Shown here: positions 9,328 to 19,264 of the stretch, in pieces
How positions within the stretch are numbered: the first letter of the stretch is position 1
Layout: the number at the start of each line of letters is the position of its first letter
Sequence record: PZ386980.1
Strand: one strand, 5' to 3'
DNA: 64,000 bases
Origin: a phage
Notes under the pieces: generated by a model
What the model was told of the DNA's origin: nothing
Database searches by the model: none
Seen by the model: the letters and a program-made list of their open reading frames with translations, nothing else
Translations under genes and position numbers: made by a program

Positions 9328-9651
9328 TTAGTCTTCTATGATATCTCTATCATATCCAAGTGAAATGAGAGTTTCTTTGAAGTGTTTAATGTTCTTTTGT
9401 CTAGAATCATTAATGAAAATGACTGGATAACGAATGTTAAGAGATGTGAATCCAGCGCGTTTAGCAAGAGATACAATCAGTGGGCGATCATACTCAATCT
9501 TACCATTATTTGTAAGAACTTTATAGAAAGTAAAAGGAGCATTAAGCTCCTTTAGAAGTTTTGTAACTGATTGACATCCAGGACAACGACCTACTTCATC
9601 TGGAATTCCATAGACTTCAATCTTATTCTTTAAGTTCGAGTTTTGTTCCAC
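9328..9651 (-). CDS. nrdH: Glutaredoxin-like protein NrdH
   Basis: About 107 aa from probable GTG start (AAGGA Shine-Dalgarno); CPGC redox motif; adjacent to nrdG/nrdD; track ORF extends further upstream only for lack of a stop. Confidence 0.75.
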   Translation of the reverse strand: MEQNSNLKNKIEVYGIPDEVGRCPGCQSVTKLLKELNAPFTFYKVLTNNGKIEYDRPLIVSLAKRAGFTSLNIRYPVIFINDSRQKNIKHFKETLISLGYDRDIIED

Positions 9652-9934
9652 GAGAAATAATTCCTTGGTAAGCCCAATAAGGAGGATTAACAGAATCCTC
9701 ACCAGAGTTTTCTTCAGGAAAATAAACCTGGATAACGAAGCCGGATTCATCAAAGGTGAAATAAGTAGTAGGCAGTTCACCTAACAAATCGGCACGAGCG
9801 TTGATTTCTTCGAGGTCTTGTTCACGTCCAGCCCAGAAGCTTGGGTTCAGACTACATTCATAGAAATAATAGTCATTACCGAACATATCAAAACCATTCC
9901 AACTCTCTACTACATACCGCTCAAAACTAATCAT
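9623..9934 (-). CDS. Hypothetical acidic protein
   Basis: ORF track. Confidence 0.5.
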   Translation of the reverse strand: MISFERYVVESWNGFDMFGNDYYFYECSLNPSFWAGREQDLEEINARADLLGELPTTYFTFDESGFVIQVYFPEENSGEDSVNPPYWAYQGIISRGTKLELKE

Positions 9935-9936
9935 AA

Positions 9937-10152
9937 TTAAGCCTTTTTATCAAGAACAGCATTCAGCTTGTTAGTAATTTTATCCAGACGCTTATTGAAC
10001 TCACTAGAAGATAAGCCCTTTTCTGGAGAAATTAAACTAATCACGAAAAATATAGCAATAAAAGGAATAAGGAAAATAGCTCCAACTGCCATAAACAGAA
10101 AGAATGTTACAGTTGTAAGAAAATCAGCTAAACCTTTACGAAATTTATACAT
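9937..10152 (-). CDS. Small membrane protein
   Basis: ORF track; hydrophobic helix LTTVTFFLFMAVGAIFLIPFIAIFFVISLI. Confidence 0.5.
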   Translation of the reverse strand: MYKFRKGLADFLTTVTFFLFMAVGAIFLIPFIAIFFVISLISPEKGLSSSEFNKRLDKITNKLNAVLDKKA

Positions 10153-10267
10153 ATTTTACCCTTAATTGATTAACCAAGCATTGATAAGCACTAAACTATA
10201 TTGCGAATAAAATTCTGGACCAAAATGAAAAATCATATCATTTATAGTATCCATAATGTAATTCAAT

Positions 10268-10738
10268 TTAATCATGTGTCCACACCCCATCGGTATTTGA
10301 CCAAAGTCGCTGATTATCTGATCCTCGCCACAGCTTTTTGGTCGGAAGATTTTTCTCATACTTCCCATCAATAATAACATCAACATATTTAAGCATTTCT
10401 AGTTGTTTAATATCTTCAAACTTATATCCTGTCCACAACCAAATGCTTTTATTGGGATAAAGATTTTTAATAGTTTGAACCACAGAGTGAATCACGTCTC
10501 TGTTATCAGGATAAAGAGGGTCACCTCCGGTTATAGTTAATCCTTCTATATAATCATTATTCAAACATTCAATCAATTGTTCTAGTGTTTCACCAGTGAA
10601 TGGAATACCATTTCTAGCATTCCATGTTGATTTATTATAACACCCTTCGCATTTATGCAAACAACCTGTAACGAAAAGAACGACCCTGCATCCAGGGCCA
10701 TTCACAAAATCACAGGGATAAAATCTATCGTAATTCAT
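10268..10738 (-). CDS. nrdG: Anaerobic ribonucleotide reductase activating protein (radical SAM)
   Basis: 156 aa; C-x3-C-x2-C cluster motif CLHKCEGC; overlaps nrdD stop. Confidence 0.92.
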   Translation of the reverse strand: MNYDRFYPCDFVNGPGCRVVLFVTGCLHKCEGCYNKSTWNARNGIPFTGETLEQLIECLNNDYIEGLTITGGDPLYPDNRDVIHSVVQTIKNLYPNKSIWLWTGYKFEDIKQLEMLKYVDVIIDGKYEKNLPTKKLWRGSDNQRLWSNTDGVWTHD

Positions 10739-12552
10739 TGGTGTTTAACCCTATGCATGATTTCTTTATTTTTACCGAGATTAAATCCGCGCTCGTTCGG
10801 ATTTCCCAAATAACCACATGTTCTTCTTATTGTGTTCATCTTTTTAGGATCAGTTTCTCCACAAATAGAACAAACAAATCCGTTTTCAGTAGGAGTCATT
10901 TCATGGGTACTTCCACATGTAAAACATTTATCTACTGGCATATTAACACCAAAATAATCTAAATGTTGTGCGGCATAATCCCATACAGCCTCAAGACCTT
11001 TTAAGTTATTTTTCATATCAGGAAGTTCAACATAAGAAATGTGACCACCTGTCGCAATGAAATGATATGGCGCTTCACGAGAAATCTTTTCAAACGGAGT
11101 AACATTTTCTTCTACTGAAACGTGGAAACTGTTAGTGTACCAGCCTTTATCAGTAACATCCTTTACACTTCCATATTTTTCTGTATCAAGTTTACAGAAG
11201 CGATAGCAAAGGTTTTCAGCAGGAGTAGAATACAAACTAAAAGCAAACCCAGTTCTTTCAGTCCACTGTTTAAGATGAGCATTCATTTTAGTTAAAATTT
11301 CTTGTCCAATATCACGACCGATAAGAATATTCAATTCGTGAATACCAATGTATCCTAAAGACACTGAACTTCTACCGTTTTTAAATAACTCAATTATATC
11401 GTCATCGGGTTTAAGACGAACCCCGAATGCACCTTCTTGGTAAAGAATAGGAGCAACAGTAGCTTTAACTCCTTTTAAGGAACTAATTCTACACATCAAA
11501 GCTTCAAAACATAAATCCATTCGTTCATTGAACAATTCGATAAATTTCTGTTCATTGAGCTGTGTTCCAATATAAGAATCTAATGCGATACGAGGAAGAT
11601 TCAGTGTTACAACACCGAGATTATTACGTCCATCAAGAATTTCATTGCCAGTCGAATCTTTCCATACGCTCAAGAAACTACGACAACCCATTGGAGAAAC
11701 AGGAACAGATGAACCAGTGATAGCTTTATTGTTCTTAGCTGAAATAATATCAGGATACATCCTTTTGCTTGCACACTCTAAAGCAAGCTGCTTAATATCA
11801 TAGTTCGGATCGTCTTTATAAAGATTAACACCTTCTTCAACAAACATAACAAGCTTAGGGAAAATAGGAGTTATCCCATCACGACCAAGACCTTTAATAC
11901 GATTTTTCAGAATTGCTTTCTGAATCATTCGTTCAGTCCAGTCAGTTCCTGTACCAAATGTAATTGTTACAAAAGGTGTTTGTCCGTTTGAACTAAAGAG
12001 AGTATTTACTTCATATTCATAAGCTTGGAATGCATCGTATACATCTTTTTCTGTTTTAGATTGAGCATAATTTAACGCATCAGCGATTTGCCATTTTTCT
12101 GCATCCTCAATATGTTTTGCATAGGTGCGTTTAACATAAGGAGAAAGTACTTTATCTACATTAGCAAAAGTCGTTCCGCCGTATTGATGGGAAGCAACCT
12201 GTGCAGTAATTTGTGCCATAATTGCAGTAGCAACACCGATTGATTTAGGAGTTTCAATCTGTGCATTACCAAGCTTAAATCCGTTCTCAAGCATTCCTTT
12301 TAAATCTACTAAACAACAATTAGTAAATGGAAGAGCAGGGGAATAATCAATATCATGGAAATGAATAATTCCGCTTTCATGCGCTTTCATAATAAAAGAC
12401 GGGACCATATTTTTGGCAATGTGTTTAGACACAATACCAGCCATAAGGTCCCGTTGAGTTGGAAAAACACGAGAATCTTTATTAGCATTCTCGTTTAAAA
12501 GGTCTTTATTAGTTTTATGAATCAATCCTTCAATTTCTTTTTCAATTGTCAT
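10735..12552 (-). CDS. nrdD: Anaerobic ribonucleoside-triphosphate reductase (class III, glycyl radical)
   Basis: 605 aa continuous ORF; C-terminal zinc ribbon CFTCGS...CSICG and glycyl-radical motif RRTCGYLG; matches recalled T4 NrdD. Confidence 0.95.
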   Translation of the reverse strand: MTIEKEIEGLIHKTNKDLLNENANKDSRVFPTQRDLMAGIVSKHIAKNMVPSFIMKAHESGIIHFHDIDYSPALPFTNCCLVDLKGMLENGFKLGNAQIETPKSIGVATAIMAQITAQVASHQYGGTTFANVDKVLSPYVKRTYAKHIEDAEKWQIADALNYAQSKTEKDVYDAFQAYEYEVNTLFSSNGQTPFVTITFGTGTDWTERMIQKAILKNRIKGLGRDGITPIFPKLVMFVEEGVNLYKDDPNYDIKQLALECASKRMYPDIISAKNNKAITGSSVPVSPMGCRSFLSVWKDSTGNEILDGRNNLGVVTLNLPRIALDSYIGTQLNEQKFIELFNERMDLCFEALMCRISSLKGVKATVAPILYQEGAFGVRLKPDDDIIELFKNGRSSVSLGYIGIHELNILIGRDIGQEILTKMNAHLKQWTERTGFAFSLYSTPAENLCYRFCKLDTEKYGSVKDVTDKGWYTNSFHVSVEENVTPFEKISREAPYHFIATGGHISYVELPDMKNNLKGLEAVWDYAAQHLDYFGVNMPVDKCFTCGSTHEMTPTENGFVCSICGETDPKKMNTIRRTCGYLGNPNERGFNLGKNKEIMHRVKHQ

Positions 12553-13022
12553 TTTAAACTCTTTCTAAGCTGCTTCTTAAATGAAGCTATTAATTGTGTT
12601 TTAGTGTCAGATTCATTATATTCAAATCCTCTTTGAAGCATCTCAGCCATCATTTCCTCTTTTCCTAAACGAGAAAATTCCTTTGATTTATCTCCAACAA
12701 AGTTAGGGTGAATATTATTTTGGGTGTAATCGGATTTTAAATAAGTAAGTAAATTTTCTAACCATTCAAGATAATCAACACCCTGTCCCTTTAAGCCAGA
12801 ACGATTAAATTTATGCTTCATTTGACCTTCTGCGGCATTGCAGAGATTACAAAGCAATCCACGTACCTTTCCTGCTTTTGGTCCATTTAATTCATGGTCA
12901 TGATCAAGATGATTAGCTTGAACATCAGGATTTAGTTCTCGTTGGCAAATTAAACATTTACCATTTTGTGCATCATAAAATTTCTGTTTTTCTTCTTTAT
13001 ATAATTTGCCAGTCAATAACAT
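12549..13022 (-). CDS. 49: Endonuclease VII (Holliday junction resolvase)
   Basis: 157 aa; MLLTGKLYKEEKQKFYDAQNGKCLICQREL...HLDHDHE...CNLCN matches recalled T4 gp49. Confidence 0.93.
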   Translation of the reverse strand: MLLTGKLYKEEKQKFYDAQNGKCLICQRELNPDVQANHLDHDHELNGPKAGKVRGLLCNLCNAAEGQMKHKFNRSGLKGQGVDYLEWLENLLTYLKSDYTQNNIHPNFVGDKSKEFSRLGKEEMMAEMLQRGFEYNESDTKTQLIASFKKQLRKSLK

Positions 13023-13063
13023 AATAAACCCTTACCTTAAATAGATAAGGGTATTTATTATTT

Positions 13064-13567
13064 TCAAGTATTGTAAAACATTTGATTCAATCGCTTATAT
13101 TGCCGAATCTTTTGGTCAGAAAAAGAAATTTGGGTTTCAAGCCATTCAATATATTCTGCCGCAGCTTGCATCAAATTTCCTTCATAGCCATCGTTATTTT
13201 CTTGTGCAGCTAATTTAGCTAATGCGTATGAAATACGTTCACCTTGAAAATCAGCTTTAGGCTTCTGAACAACTTGATTAGTTCTCTCTACAACTTCTTC
13301 AATTTCGCCATTTTCTACTGATTCAGTATTCCACAAGCACCAATACGTAATTGGCTTATCGTAGATGTTAATAATCTTTCCATCAGAAAGTTCAATTTCA
13401 ATAATTCCAGTATCAGGCTCTATATCATCTTCACATTCTTTTGCAAGTTCACGAACTTTAAAGACAGTACCTGCACTAAGTTCCGGCCAGTAATTACACA
13501 GCCCTATATCAGCACGATTAATTCTAAACCACTTATCTACTGTAATCATGTCCCATCTCCATATCAA
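13064..13567 (-). CDS. Hypothetical protein; possible pin (protease inhibitor) homologue
   Basis: 167 aa (161 aa from internal Met); only ORF of that size between 49 and nrdC; identity by position and length only. Confidence 0.4.
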   Translation of the reverse strand: MIWRWDMITVDKWFRINRADIGLCNYWPELSAGTVFKVRELAKECEDDIEPDTGIIEIELSDGKIINIYDKPITYWCLWNTESVENGEIEEVVERTNQVVQKPKADFQGERISYALAKLAAQENNDGYEGNLMQAAAEYIEWLETQISFSDQKIRQYKRLNQMFYNT

Positions 13568-13672
13568 TTAAGTCATTTATCGTCGGTTCATTATATATTG
13601 TTTCTTCATCAGTGTAAACCGGTTCTTCCGGCTCTGGCTCTACAGTTTCCCATCTAGCCGCCCACCAAGGTT

Positions 13673-13993
13673 TTATAGCGTAATCCATTCTCGTACTGTC
13701 TGAGTTACTACACGTTCATGGGGCTCGACTAGTTCAACAGTCGGAACTGCATAATACCAGTCAGAATGATAAGAACCTGACCGAGATTCATTTACCGCTA
13801 CATGTACATTATGTTTTGGACTAAAGTAAACACACTGACGATATTGACATTTACCATCTTGCACCCAGTCTTCTATTTCGACAGGTTTAAGATAATCGGA
13901 AAAATCGAAATCATAGTTTTCCGAAAATGCATCATGGTCTTCAATGATTTCGCTCAGAACTGCATCAACATCTAATTTATTTTCAATAGTCAT
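13673..13993 (-). CDS. Hypothetical acidic protein
   Basis: ORF track. Confidence 0.5.
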   Translation of the reverse strand: MTIENKLDVDAVLSEIIEDHDAFSENYDFDFSDYLKPVEIEDWVQDGKCQYRQCVYFSPKHNVHVAVNESRSGSYHSDWYYAVPTVELVEPHERVVTQTVREWITL

Positions 13994-14176
13994 TTTTCAC
14001 CAATTAATTTCGCAATTTATTAAGTTCTTCATCATCAATCCAGGATTCTAGTCCTGATGGCAGGGCACATTCAATTTCCCAAAGAAGTTCTTCAATTTTC
14101 TGAAGACGATCTAGTTCTTCGGCTGGAATAGTAACCATTGACGGAGCTCGTGATACATTAATATCGTAAATCATAT

Positions 14177-14392
14177 TTACCCCAATTTAACCATACAATC
14201 GCCGTATTTCCACTTAGAAATAGACTTTTCACCATTAGAATAATAAACTTCGAGTTTAGCACGATTATTTTTAATTTGAATAACCTTGGCTGTCATCAAA
14301 GTTCCATACCCATAATAAACTGCAACTTCATCACCTACATATACCGCGCTTCCGCGGTAATCATGAATATAGTCAGTTCCTTCGAGCATCAT
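14177..14392 (-). CDS. Hypothetical protein
   Basis: ORF track; overlaps nrdC stop. Confidence 0.45.
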   Translation of the reverse strand: MMLEGTDYIHDYRGSAVYVGDEVAVYYGYGTLMTAKVIQIKNNRAKLEVYYSNGEKSISKWKYGDCMVKLG

Positions 14393-14652
14393 TTAAAATA
14401 TTCTCGCAGTTGGTCAAATCCACCAATATGACTTCCATCAGGAGCAAATACCTGGGGCATTGTCAAGCCGATTTGAGTATCACGACCTAGTTTAGTCAGA
14501 AGCTCAGCGATTTTCTCATCATCAAAAACACCTTTTTCCGGCATAATGTTGATAAATTCAAACGGCTGTTTCTTCACGGTCAAAAGACGTTTTGCATTAT
14601 CGCAATACACACATTTATGAATGTTGCTATCATAACCATATACTTTAAACAT
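14389..14652 (-). CDS. nrdC: Glutaredoxin (phage thioredoxin)
   Basis: 87 aa; MFKVYGYDSNIHKCVYCDNAKRLL with CVYC active site; matches recalled T4 glutaredoxin. Confidence 0.93.
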   Translation of the reverse strand: MFKVYGYDSNIHKCVYCDNAKRLLTVKKQPFEFINIMPEKGVFDDEKIAELLTKLGRDTQIGLTMPQVFAPDGSHIGGFDQLREYFK

Positions 14653-14653
14653 A

Positions 14654-14896
14654 TTATTCCTTAATTCCTAGTACTTGTTTAAAAGTCTCGTCGTAATCAA
14701 GACTTTGGCCTGTTTGTTCTTTATGTTTGTATATAATATCACTTACTTCTGATAGCATATTTTTATATGAACGAGTTAAAGCAGATTTAAGTACGCTGTA
14801 CCTATCAGGAAATTTACCATGTTCATTATAATAAGCTATTGCTAATTCACGGACTGCCTTTTCAGCAGCCTCCATATATTCTTTACGCTTGGTCAT
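14654..14896 (-). CDS. Hypothetical protein
   Basis: ORF track. Confidence 0.5.
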   Translation of the reverse strand: MTKRKEYMEAAEKAVRELAIAYYNEHGKFPDRYSVLKSALTRSYKNMLSEVSDIIYKHKEQTGQSLDYDETFKQVLGIKE

Positions 14897-14898
14897 TT

Positions 14899-15288
14899 TT
14901 AATCCAAAATATTATTAGGCATTGGTTGAACACTCACAAGTTCTTTAAAGAACTCAGTAGAGTCAGGCAATTTAACCATTTCCGGAGCATGCTTACTGAA
15001 TTTATGTTTACATTGACGGCATTTATATTCAAGCTCTGGTTTACGCCAGTTAATCAATTGAACTTGTTCAGTACCGCATTCAGGGCAATTAGGAACGTTT
15101 TTAGAAGCTCTTTCACGTCGTTCAACCATAGCCATAATAGCATCCCATGCTGGAGGTTTAAAATCTAAATCGTCGCAGCCGTGAATCTTTCCACGCATTT
15201 CCAAATCGTCTTCTTCACCAGCCATAATAATTTTAATTAGACTAGAATTACTTGAAGCTGCAATGTCTTCTAATAAACGCTTTTTCAT
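14899..15288 (-). CDS. Zinc-ribbon protein
   Basis: 129 aa; CPECG...x16...CRQCKHKF four-Cys ribbon. Confidence 0.55.
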   Translation of the reverse strand: MKKRLLEDIAASSNSSLIKIIMAGEEDDLEMRGKIHGCDDLDFKPPAWDAIMAMVERRERASKNVPNCPECGTEQVQLINWRKPELEYKCRQCKHKFSKHAPEMVKLPDSTEFFKELVSVQPMPNNILD

Positions 15289-16211
15289 TTCAATACCTCA
15301 ATAGCATTACGTAAACCATTTGCTTTGGCGGTTAAAGCCTTAAGAACTTTAGTATGCTCTTCAATCTGTTTTTCAACTTCAATCAAACGGGCACTGAGAT
15401 ATTCGCGTTCTTCTTTCATAGTATCATTTCCATGATTGGATTTTGGTGTAGGTTTAAATTCACTAGGGTCCTTTAATTTAATAACAAATTTAGTTTCAAA
15501 CAGTGAAAGACCATAATTCGTATTATCATCAAAGGATTTGACTACATCCATATCAGATAATAACACGCGCAAATTATAAGCCAAAGAACTAATAGTTTCA
15601 TTGTGTTTATTAGCTTCGCGTGGTTTCATATACGGAAGATTTTTATATATCTCATGCGGAGCGCAAACGATAATTGACAATTCAAATTGTCCATTCTGGG
15701 ACGATGGAGTGAATTTAGCCGTAACCCAGTCTTTTACATTCACATTAATAGTACGGTTATCACCATGACAAAACAGTCTACGAGAATGCTTAAAAAGCAT
15801 ATTCACGTTATTATTGAATTCGTGTGAAAATTCACTAGCAAATTTTTCTTTACTATCTTTAGAAAACCATTCTTCTAAATAAGTTCTTTTCACGTCGTTA
15901 ATAATATTAAATGTAACAACACTAGCATTTGATACATTAGTCTCAATGTAGCTTGGATACATAAATTTTTTAATATTATTAACAGCTATCACAGAAGATA
16001 GTAATCGGGAACGTTTGAACCACTCGAGCAAAGAACCAAGAGAATGTGAATACGCATTTTGTGTATCTTTACAAATATGGTTTTCCCATCCAATATAGTC
16101 TAAAAAATCACGAAGAATATTATTGATTACTTCTCTATGTCCTTTCTGATAATCACGATGTTTAGTAATAAGACTGTCAAAATAATCAATATAATGTTTA
16201 CGAGTTTTCAT
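15285..16211 (-). CDS. Uncharacterised protein, tandem paralog family member 1 (C-terminal coiled coil)
   Basis: 308 aa; N-terminus MKTRKHYIDYF resembles the two downstream paralogs; heptad-rich last ~45 aa. Confidence 0.6.
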   Translation of the reverse strand: MKTRKHYIDYFDSLITKHRDYQKGHREVINNILRDFLDYIGWENHICKDTQNAYSHSLGSLLEWFKRSRLLSSVIAVNNIKKFMYPSYIETNVSNASVVTFNIINDVKRTYLEEWFSKDSKEKFASEFSHEFNNNVNMLFKHSRRLFCHGDNRTINVNVKDWVTAKFTPSSQNGQFELSIIVCAPHEIYKNLPYMKPREANKHNETISSLAYNLRVLLSDMDVVKSFDDNTNYGLSLFETKFVIKLKDPSEFKPTPKSNHGNDTMKEEREYLSARLIEVEKQIEEHTKVLKALTAKANGLRNAIEVLK

Positions 16212-16265
16212 GTTCTTCTCACTTGGTTAATGATTTATACTCCGAGCCATCCTTGGCTTTAAATT

Positions 16266-17267
16266 TTACTTAATTAACTGTAAAGCTTGTTCCAGACGAT
16301 CAAGACGATTAACAGATTCTTCCCAAATCCTTTTAGCCTGCTCATATTCTTTCTGTGCTTTATTAGAAATTTCTAGAACTTCTTTATAAGCTTTTTCTAG
16401 TGCAATAACTTCTGGACGAATTTCTATCGGTTCAGGTGAATCATCAAGATTATCCATTAGTTCCTCAAGGGTAGTTTCTTCTTTAGGAGTATTCACAATT
16501 TCATCACATTTTTGTTGATAAATTTCTTTATCAGTAGGTGAGTACGCGCACTTTACTTCACGAAGACTAATTACAATTTTATATCCTTCCCAACCACCCA
16601 TATTTTTGAAAGGATATGTATGAATACTTTTTACAGTTTCCATACAATCCAAAGCCGTCTCTAATTGATGAGTTATAGTGCTAGCAATTGAGAAAAATTT
16701 ATTAATATTCTTTTGGTTAGCTTCTGGTGTAAAAAATTCGTAATTCACAAAAATAGCTACTTTATTTTTATCAAGCTCATATTCTTTTACGATAATCATA
16801 TCAGAAGCCAAAGGATGAATTTGACGATAATCGCCATAACATAATTTAGAAGCTGATTTTAGAATTTGTCCTTTAAAAAGTCTGAAATTGCTAATCCAAC
16901 GACGAGTAAAAATATTCTTAGGGTCTTCTTTGATATTAAGATGATAAGAATTAACATCACCGAACCAATTGTATCCTATTACACCTTTAGTTCGTTTAAT
17001 TTCTTTCCCAAAATTACCAAGAATATCCCGATTAACCAAATATGAAAGAAGACGAGACCCTTTAAAGATTATCTTAATATCATCTTTATCTACACGGCTA
17101 GAAATTTCACGAACTTCATGAATAAATTTACTGGAAGAAACAATACTTGCATCAATACTGCTGAGCCATTGATTGATAATAGAAAGAACAGCGTTCTGAC
17201 TAGACATGGGTTTAACTTTATCATCAATAACACTATTGAATGATTTGATATATTCGTTACGAGTCAT
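16266..17267 (-). CDS. Uncharacterised protein, tandem paralog family member 2
   Basis: Start moved to ATG at 17267 (GAGGAG Shine-Dalgarno; upstream ATG lies inside the promoter -10); MTRNEYIKSF N-terminus; C-terminal coiled coil. Confidence 0.6.
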   Translation of the reverse strand: MTRNEYIKSFNSVIDDKVKPMSSQNAVLSIINQWLSSIDASIVSSSKFIHEVREISSRVDKDDIKIIFKGSRLLSYLVNRDILGNFGKEIKRTKGVIGYNWFGDVNSYHLNIKEDPKNIFTRRWISNFRLFKGQILKSASKLCYGDYRQIHPLASDMIIVKEYELDKNKVAIFVNYEFFTPEANQKNINKFFSIASTITHQLETALDCMETVKSIHTYPFKNMGGWEGYKIVISLREVKCAYSPTDKEIYQQKCDEIVNTPKEETTLEELMDNLDDSPEPIEIRPEVIALEKAYKEVLEISNKAQKEYEQAKRIWEESVNRLDRLEQALQLIK

Positions 17268-17295
17268 AATAATCTCCTCAGTAGAAAGTAAGAAC

Positions 17296-17330
17296 ATTAT
17301 ACCACATCCTTGTGGTAAAGTAAACTAGTT
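17296..17330 (-). promoter_or_regulatory. T4-type early promoter
   Basis: Minus strand -35 GTTTAC, 17 nt spacer, -10 TATAAT; ~25 nt upstream of ATG 17267. Confidence 0.55.
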
Positions 17331-18350
17331 CAGTGCATTTAATGCATTGTTCAGTTTAGAACGTTGCTTCGTGAGATTTTTGACTTTTTCTTGTGCTTTT
17401 TCTAGCATCTTTTCAGCTTCTAACACTTCATTGGTCGCTTTAACGAGTTCATCATCTACTGCCTTGATAGACTTCTCAATCGCATCCGCGTGCCATTTTT
17501 CAACAGGTTTAAGACTCGGATTTTCAATAGGAAGAAAATTCACTTTATTGAATTTCCATGCATCCTTATTACCTGAACTATACATCCAAAATTTAGGATC
17601 GTTTGATGAGTAATTGGATAAATTTAAATTTAAGTTATCTTGCACTTCCTGCTTCTTCTCTTGCGTGACTTCGTCCTTTCTCAAAAAATCATATTTAAAT
17701 GAAACAATCATATCAAGTTCATATGTTGTTGTGTCTAATTTAAATCGTTCGAAATGCTGTGAAATCTTAGACTGAACAGCGGCAACAACATCCATATACT
17801 TAAATGCTTCTGTCAACTGTGATTTAAGGCATTCACAAATTGAAAGAGAATTTTTTGTATTAGGTTTAAAGCTAATTCGTGCAGTTCTATTATTTTCTTT
17901 TAATGGTCTTACTTCCATCTGAAGAGTATAACCATCAAATTTCAAGTTCTTTAAGTTAATATCAGAACCTTTTAATCGACTAGCAGTTGATAAAATTTGC
18001 TTTAATTGTCTACGGAACAGAGCAATAAATCTCCATTCAATACGATAATGATTTGGATTGAAAAATCCAGATGATAAATCGACCTTACTCTGACCAACAC
18101 CTTGAACAAATAGAGGATTTTTATAATCAATAGTTTTACAGAAATCGGTGAGCTGCTCACGAGCAGTCATTTGTGTAATATATCCCGCTTTACTAAAATG
18201 ACGTAACCATTCACTGCTATTCATATACTTAAAGTGAATGGAACTATTAACTCTATCAGGGTCTAAATTATTTTGGCACAAAAATGTCATAACATCACGA
18301 GTATAGCTGGCATTACGAACCATATCTTCAATTTGAGAACGAGTTTTCAT
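17325..18350 (-). CDS. Uncharacterised protein, tandem paralog family member 3
   Basis: 341 aa; MKTRSQIEDMV N-terminus; C-terminal coiled coil. Confidence 0.6.
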   Translation of the reverse strand: MKTRSQIEDMVRNASYTRDVMTFLCQNNLDPDRVNSSIHFKYMNSSEWLRHFSKAGYITQMTAREQLTDFCKTIDYKNPLFVQGVGQSKVDLSSGFFNPNHYRIEWRFIALFRRQLKQILSTASRLKGSDINLKNLKFDGYTLQMEVRPLKENNRTARISFKPNTKNSLSICECLKSQLTEAFKYMDVVAAVQSKISQHFERFKLDTTTYELDMIVSFKYDFLRKDEVTQEKKQEVQDNLNLNLSNYSSNDPKFWMYSSGNKDAWKFNKVNFLPIENPSLKPVEKWHADAIEKSIKAVDDELVKATNEVLEAEKMLEKAQEKVKNLTKQRSKLNNALNALN

Positions 18351-18358
18351 AGTGTTCC

Positions 18359-19264
18359 TTAAGATTTAAGTAAATCAACAATTTTAATTAATTTTTCACG
18401 CTCAGATTTAGCTTTATTACTCAATCCAGATAGTCTGAAAATTTCATCGTCATACTGTTGAATAGAAATATTCAGCTCTTCAATTTGCTTATTAAAATAA
18501 TCAATTTGCTCAGAATGTTTTTCGTTACTACGAACTGGTACAGGGTTTGTAGGCAATTTAGTTAAACTGGATTCATCCGGGCGATAAATTAAAATGCAAT
18601 TTGAACCAATCGGGCATTTAGCACCAGATGAATATTCTAACGTTCCAGCTTCTTTTAAAACTTCAAAAGCTAAACAGAGATGATGCCCCATATTAACATA
18701 ATCTGTAGAGTGAGCTCTGACGTAATAATCATCTCCACGAGTACTAAATTTAAAGCATTTAAGGTCTTCTGTATTATTAGTTTTAAAAATCATTTGTTTA
18801 TCTAGACCTTTAGCCAATCGAGCACCTAATGCTAATAATCGTCGTTGATTTTCCCACAAATCCGCAATCATTTGATCGAATGACAATTTCGGCATTAGTC
18901 GACCATAAAGGTCATATCCTTTATTATAATTGCGAAGAATTTCACTCGCGTTAATGCGAGACAATGCTCCAATTTTATTAAGGGCTTTCATGATGCGATT
19001 AGATAAACTCATTCCAGACCCATTTGTTCGCTGTAAATGTTTTTCTAATCCAAACCCAATATCAACTTTAAATTTATCTAAAATTTCAGCATGAACATCT
19101 CTGTCAATAACATTCAAATCCAAAGTTGGGTTAAATCTATGAAAAAATTTATCTGGCTCTCCACGACGAAATACAGTCCATTCATTCATCATTTTTTTAT
19201 TAACTAAAGATTTAATTACTGCATTGACATTATTAATTACTACTGACATATTTTTCTCACTCAA
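18359..19264 (-). CDS. Uncharacterised protein, tandem paralog family member 4 (more divergent)
   Basis: 301 aa; similar size and C-terminal coiled coil (EQIDYFNKQIEELNISIQQYDDEIFRL). Confidence 0.55.
   Translation of the reverse strand: MSEKNMSVVINNVNAVIKSLVNKKMMNEWTVFRRGEPDKFFHRFNPTLDLNVIDRDVHAEILDKFKVDIGFGLEKHLQRTNGSGMSLSNRIMKALNKIGALSRINASEILRNYNKGYDLYGRLMPKLSFDQMIADLWENQRRLLALGARLAKGLDKQMIFKTNNTEDLKCFKFSTRGDDYYVRAHSTDYVNMGHHLCLAFEVLKEAGTLEYSSGAKCPIGSNCILIYRPDESSLTKLPTNPVPVRSNEKHSEQIDYFNKQIEELNISIQQYDDEIFRLSGLSNKAKSEREKLIKIVDLLKS

Noticed and set aside
9652-9780. N-terminal 43 codons of the track ORF for nrdH (MNCLLLISPL...)
   Set aside because: Hydrophobic extension that overlaps the upstream ORF 9623..9934; a GTG with AAGGA Shine-Dalgarno gives a normal-sized glutaredoxin-like protein.
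10162-10386. 74-aa ORF overlapping the 3' part of nrdG
   Set aside because: Lies inside the conserved radical-SAM activase gene in another frame.
10735-12552. Group I intron / intron-encoded endonuclease inside nrdD
   Set aside because: The NrdD reading frame is continuous for 605 codons with no inserted block; no intron is present.
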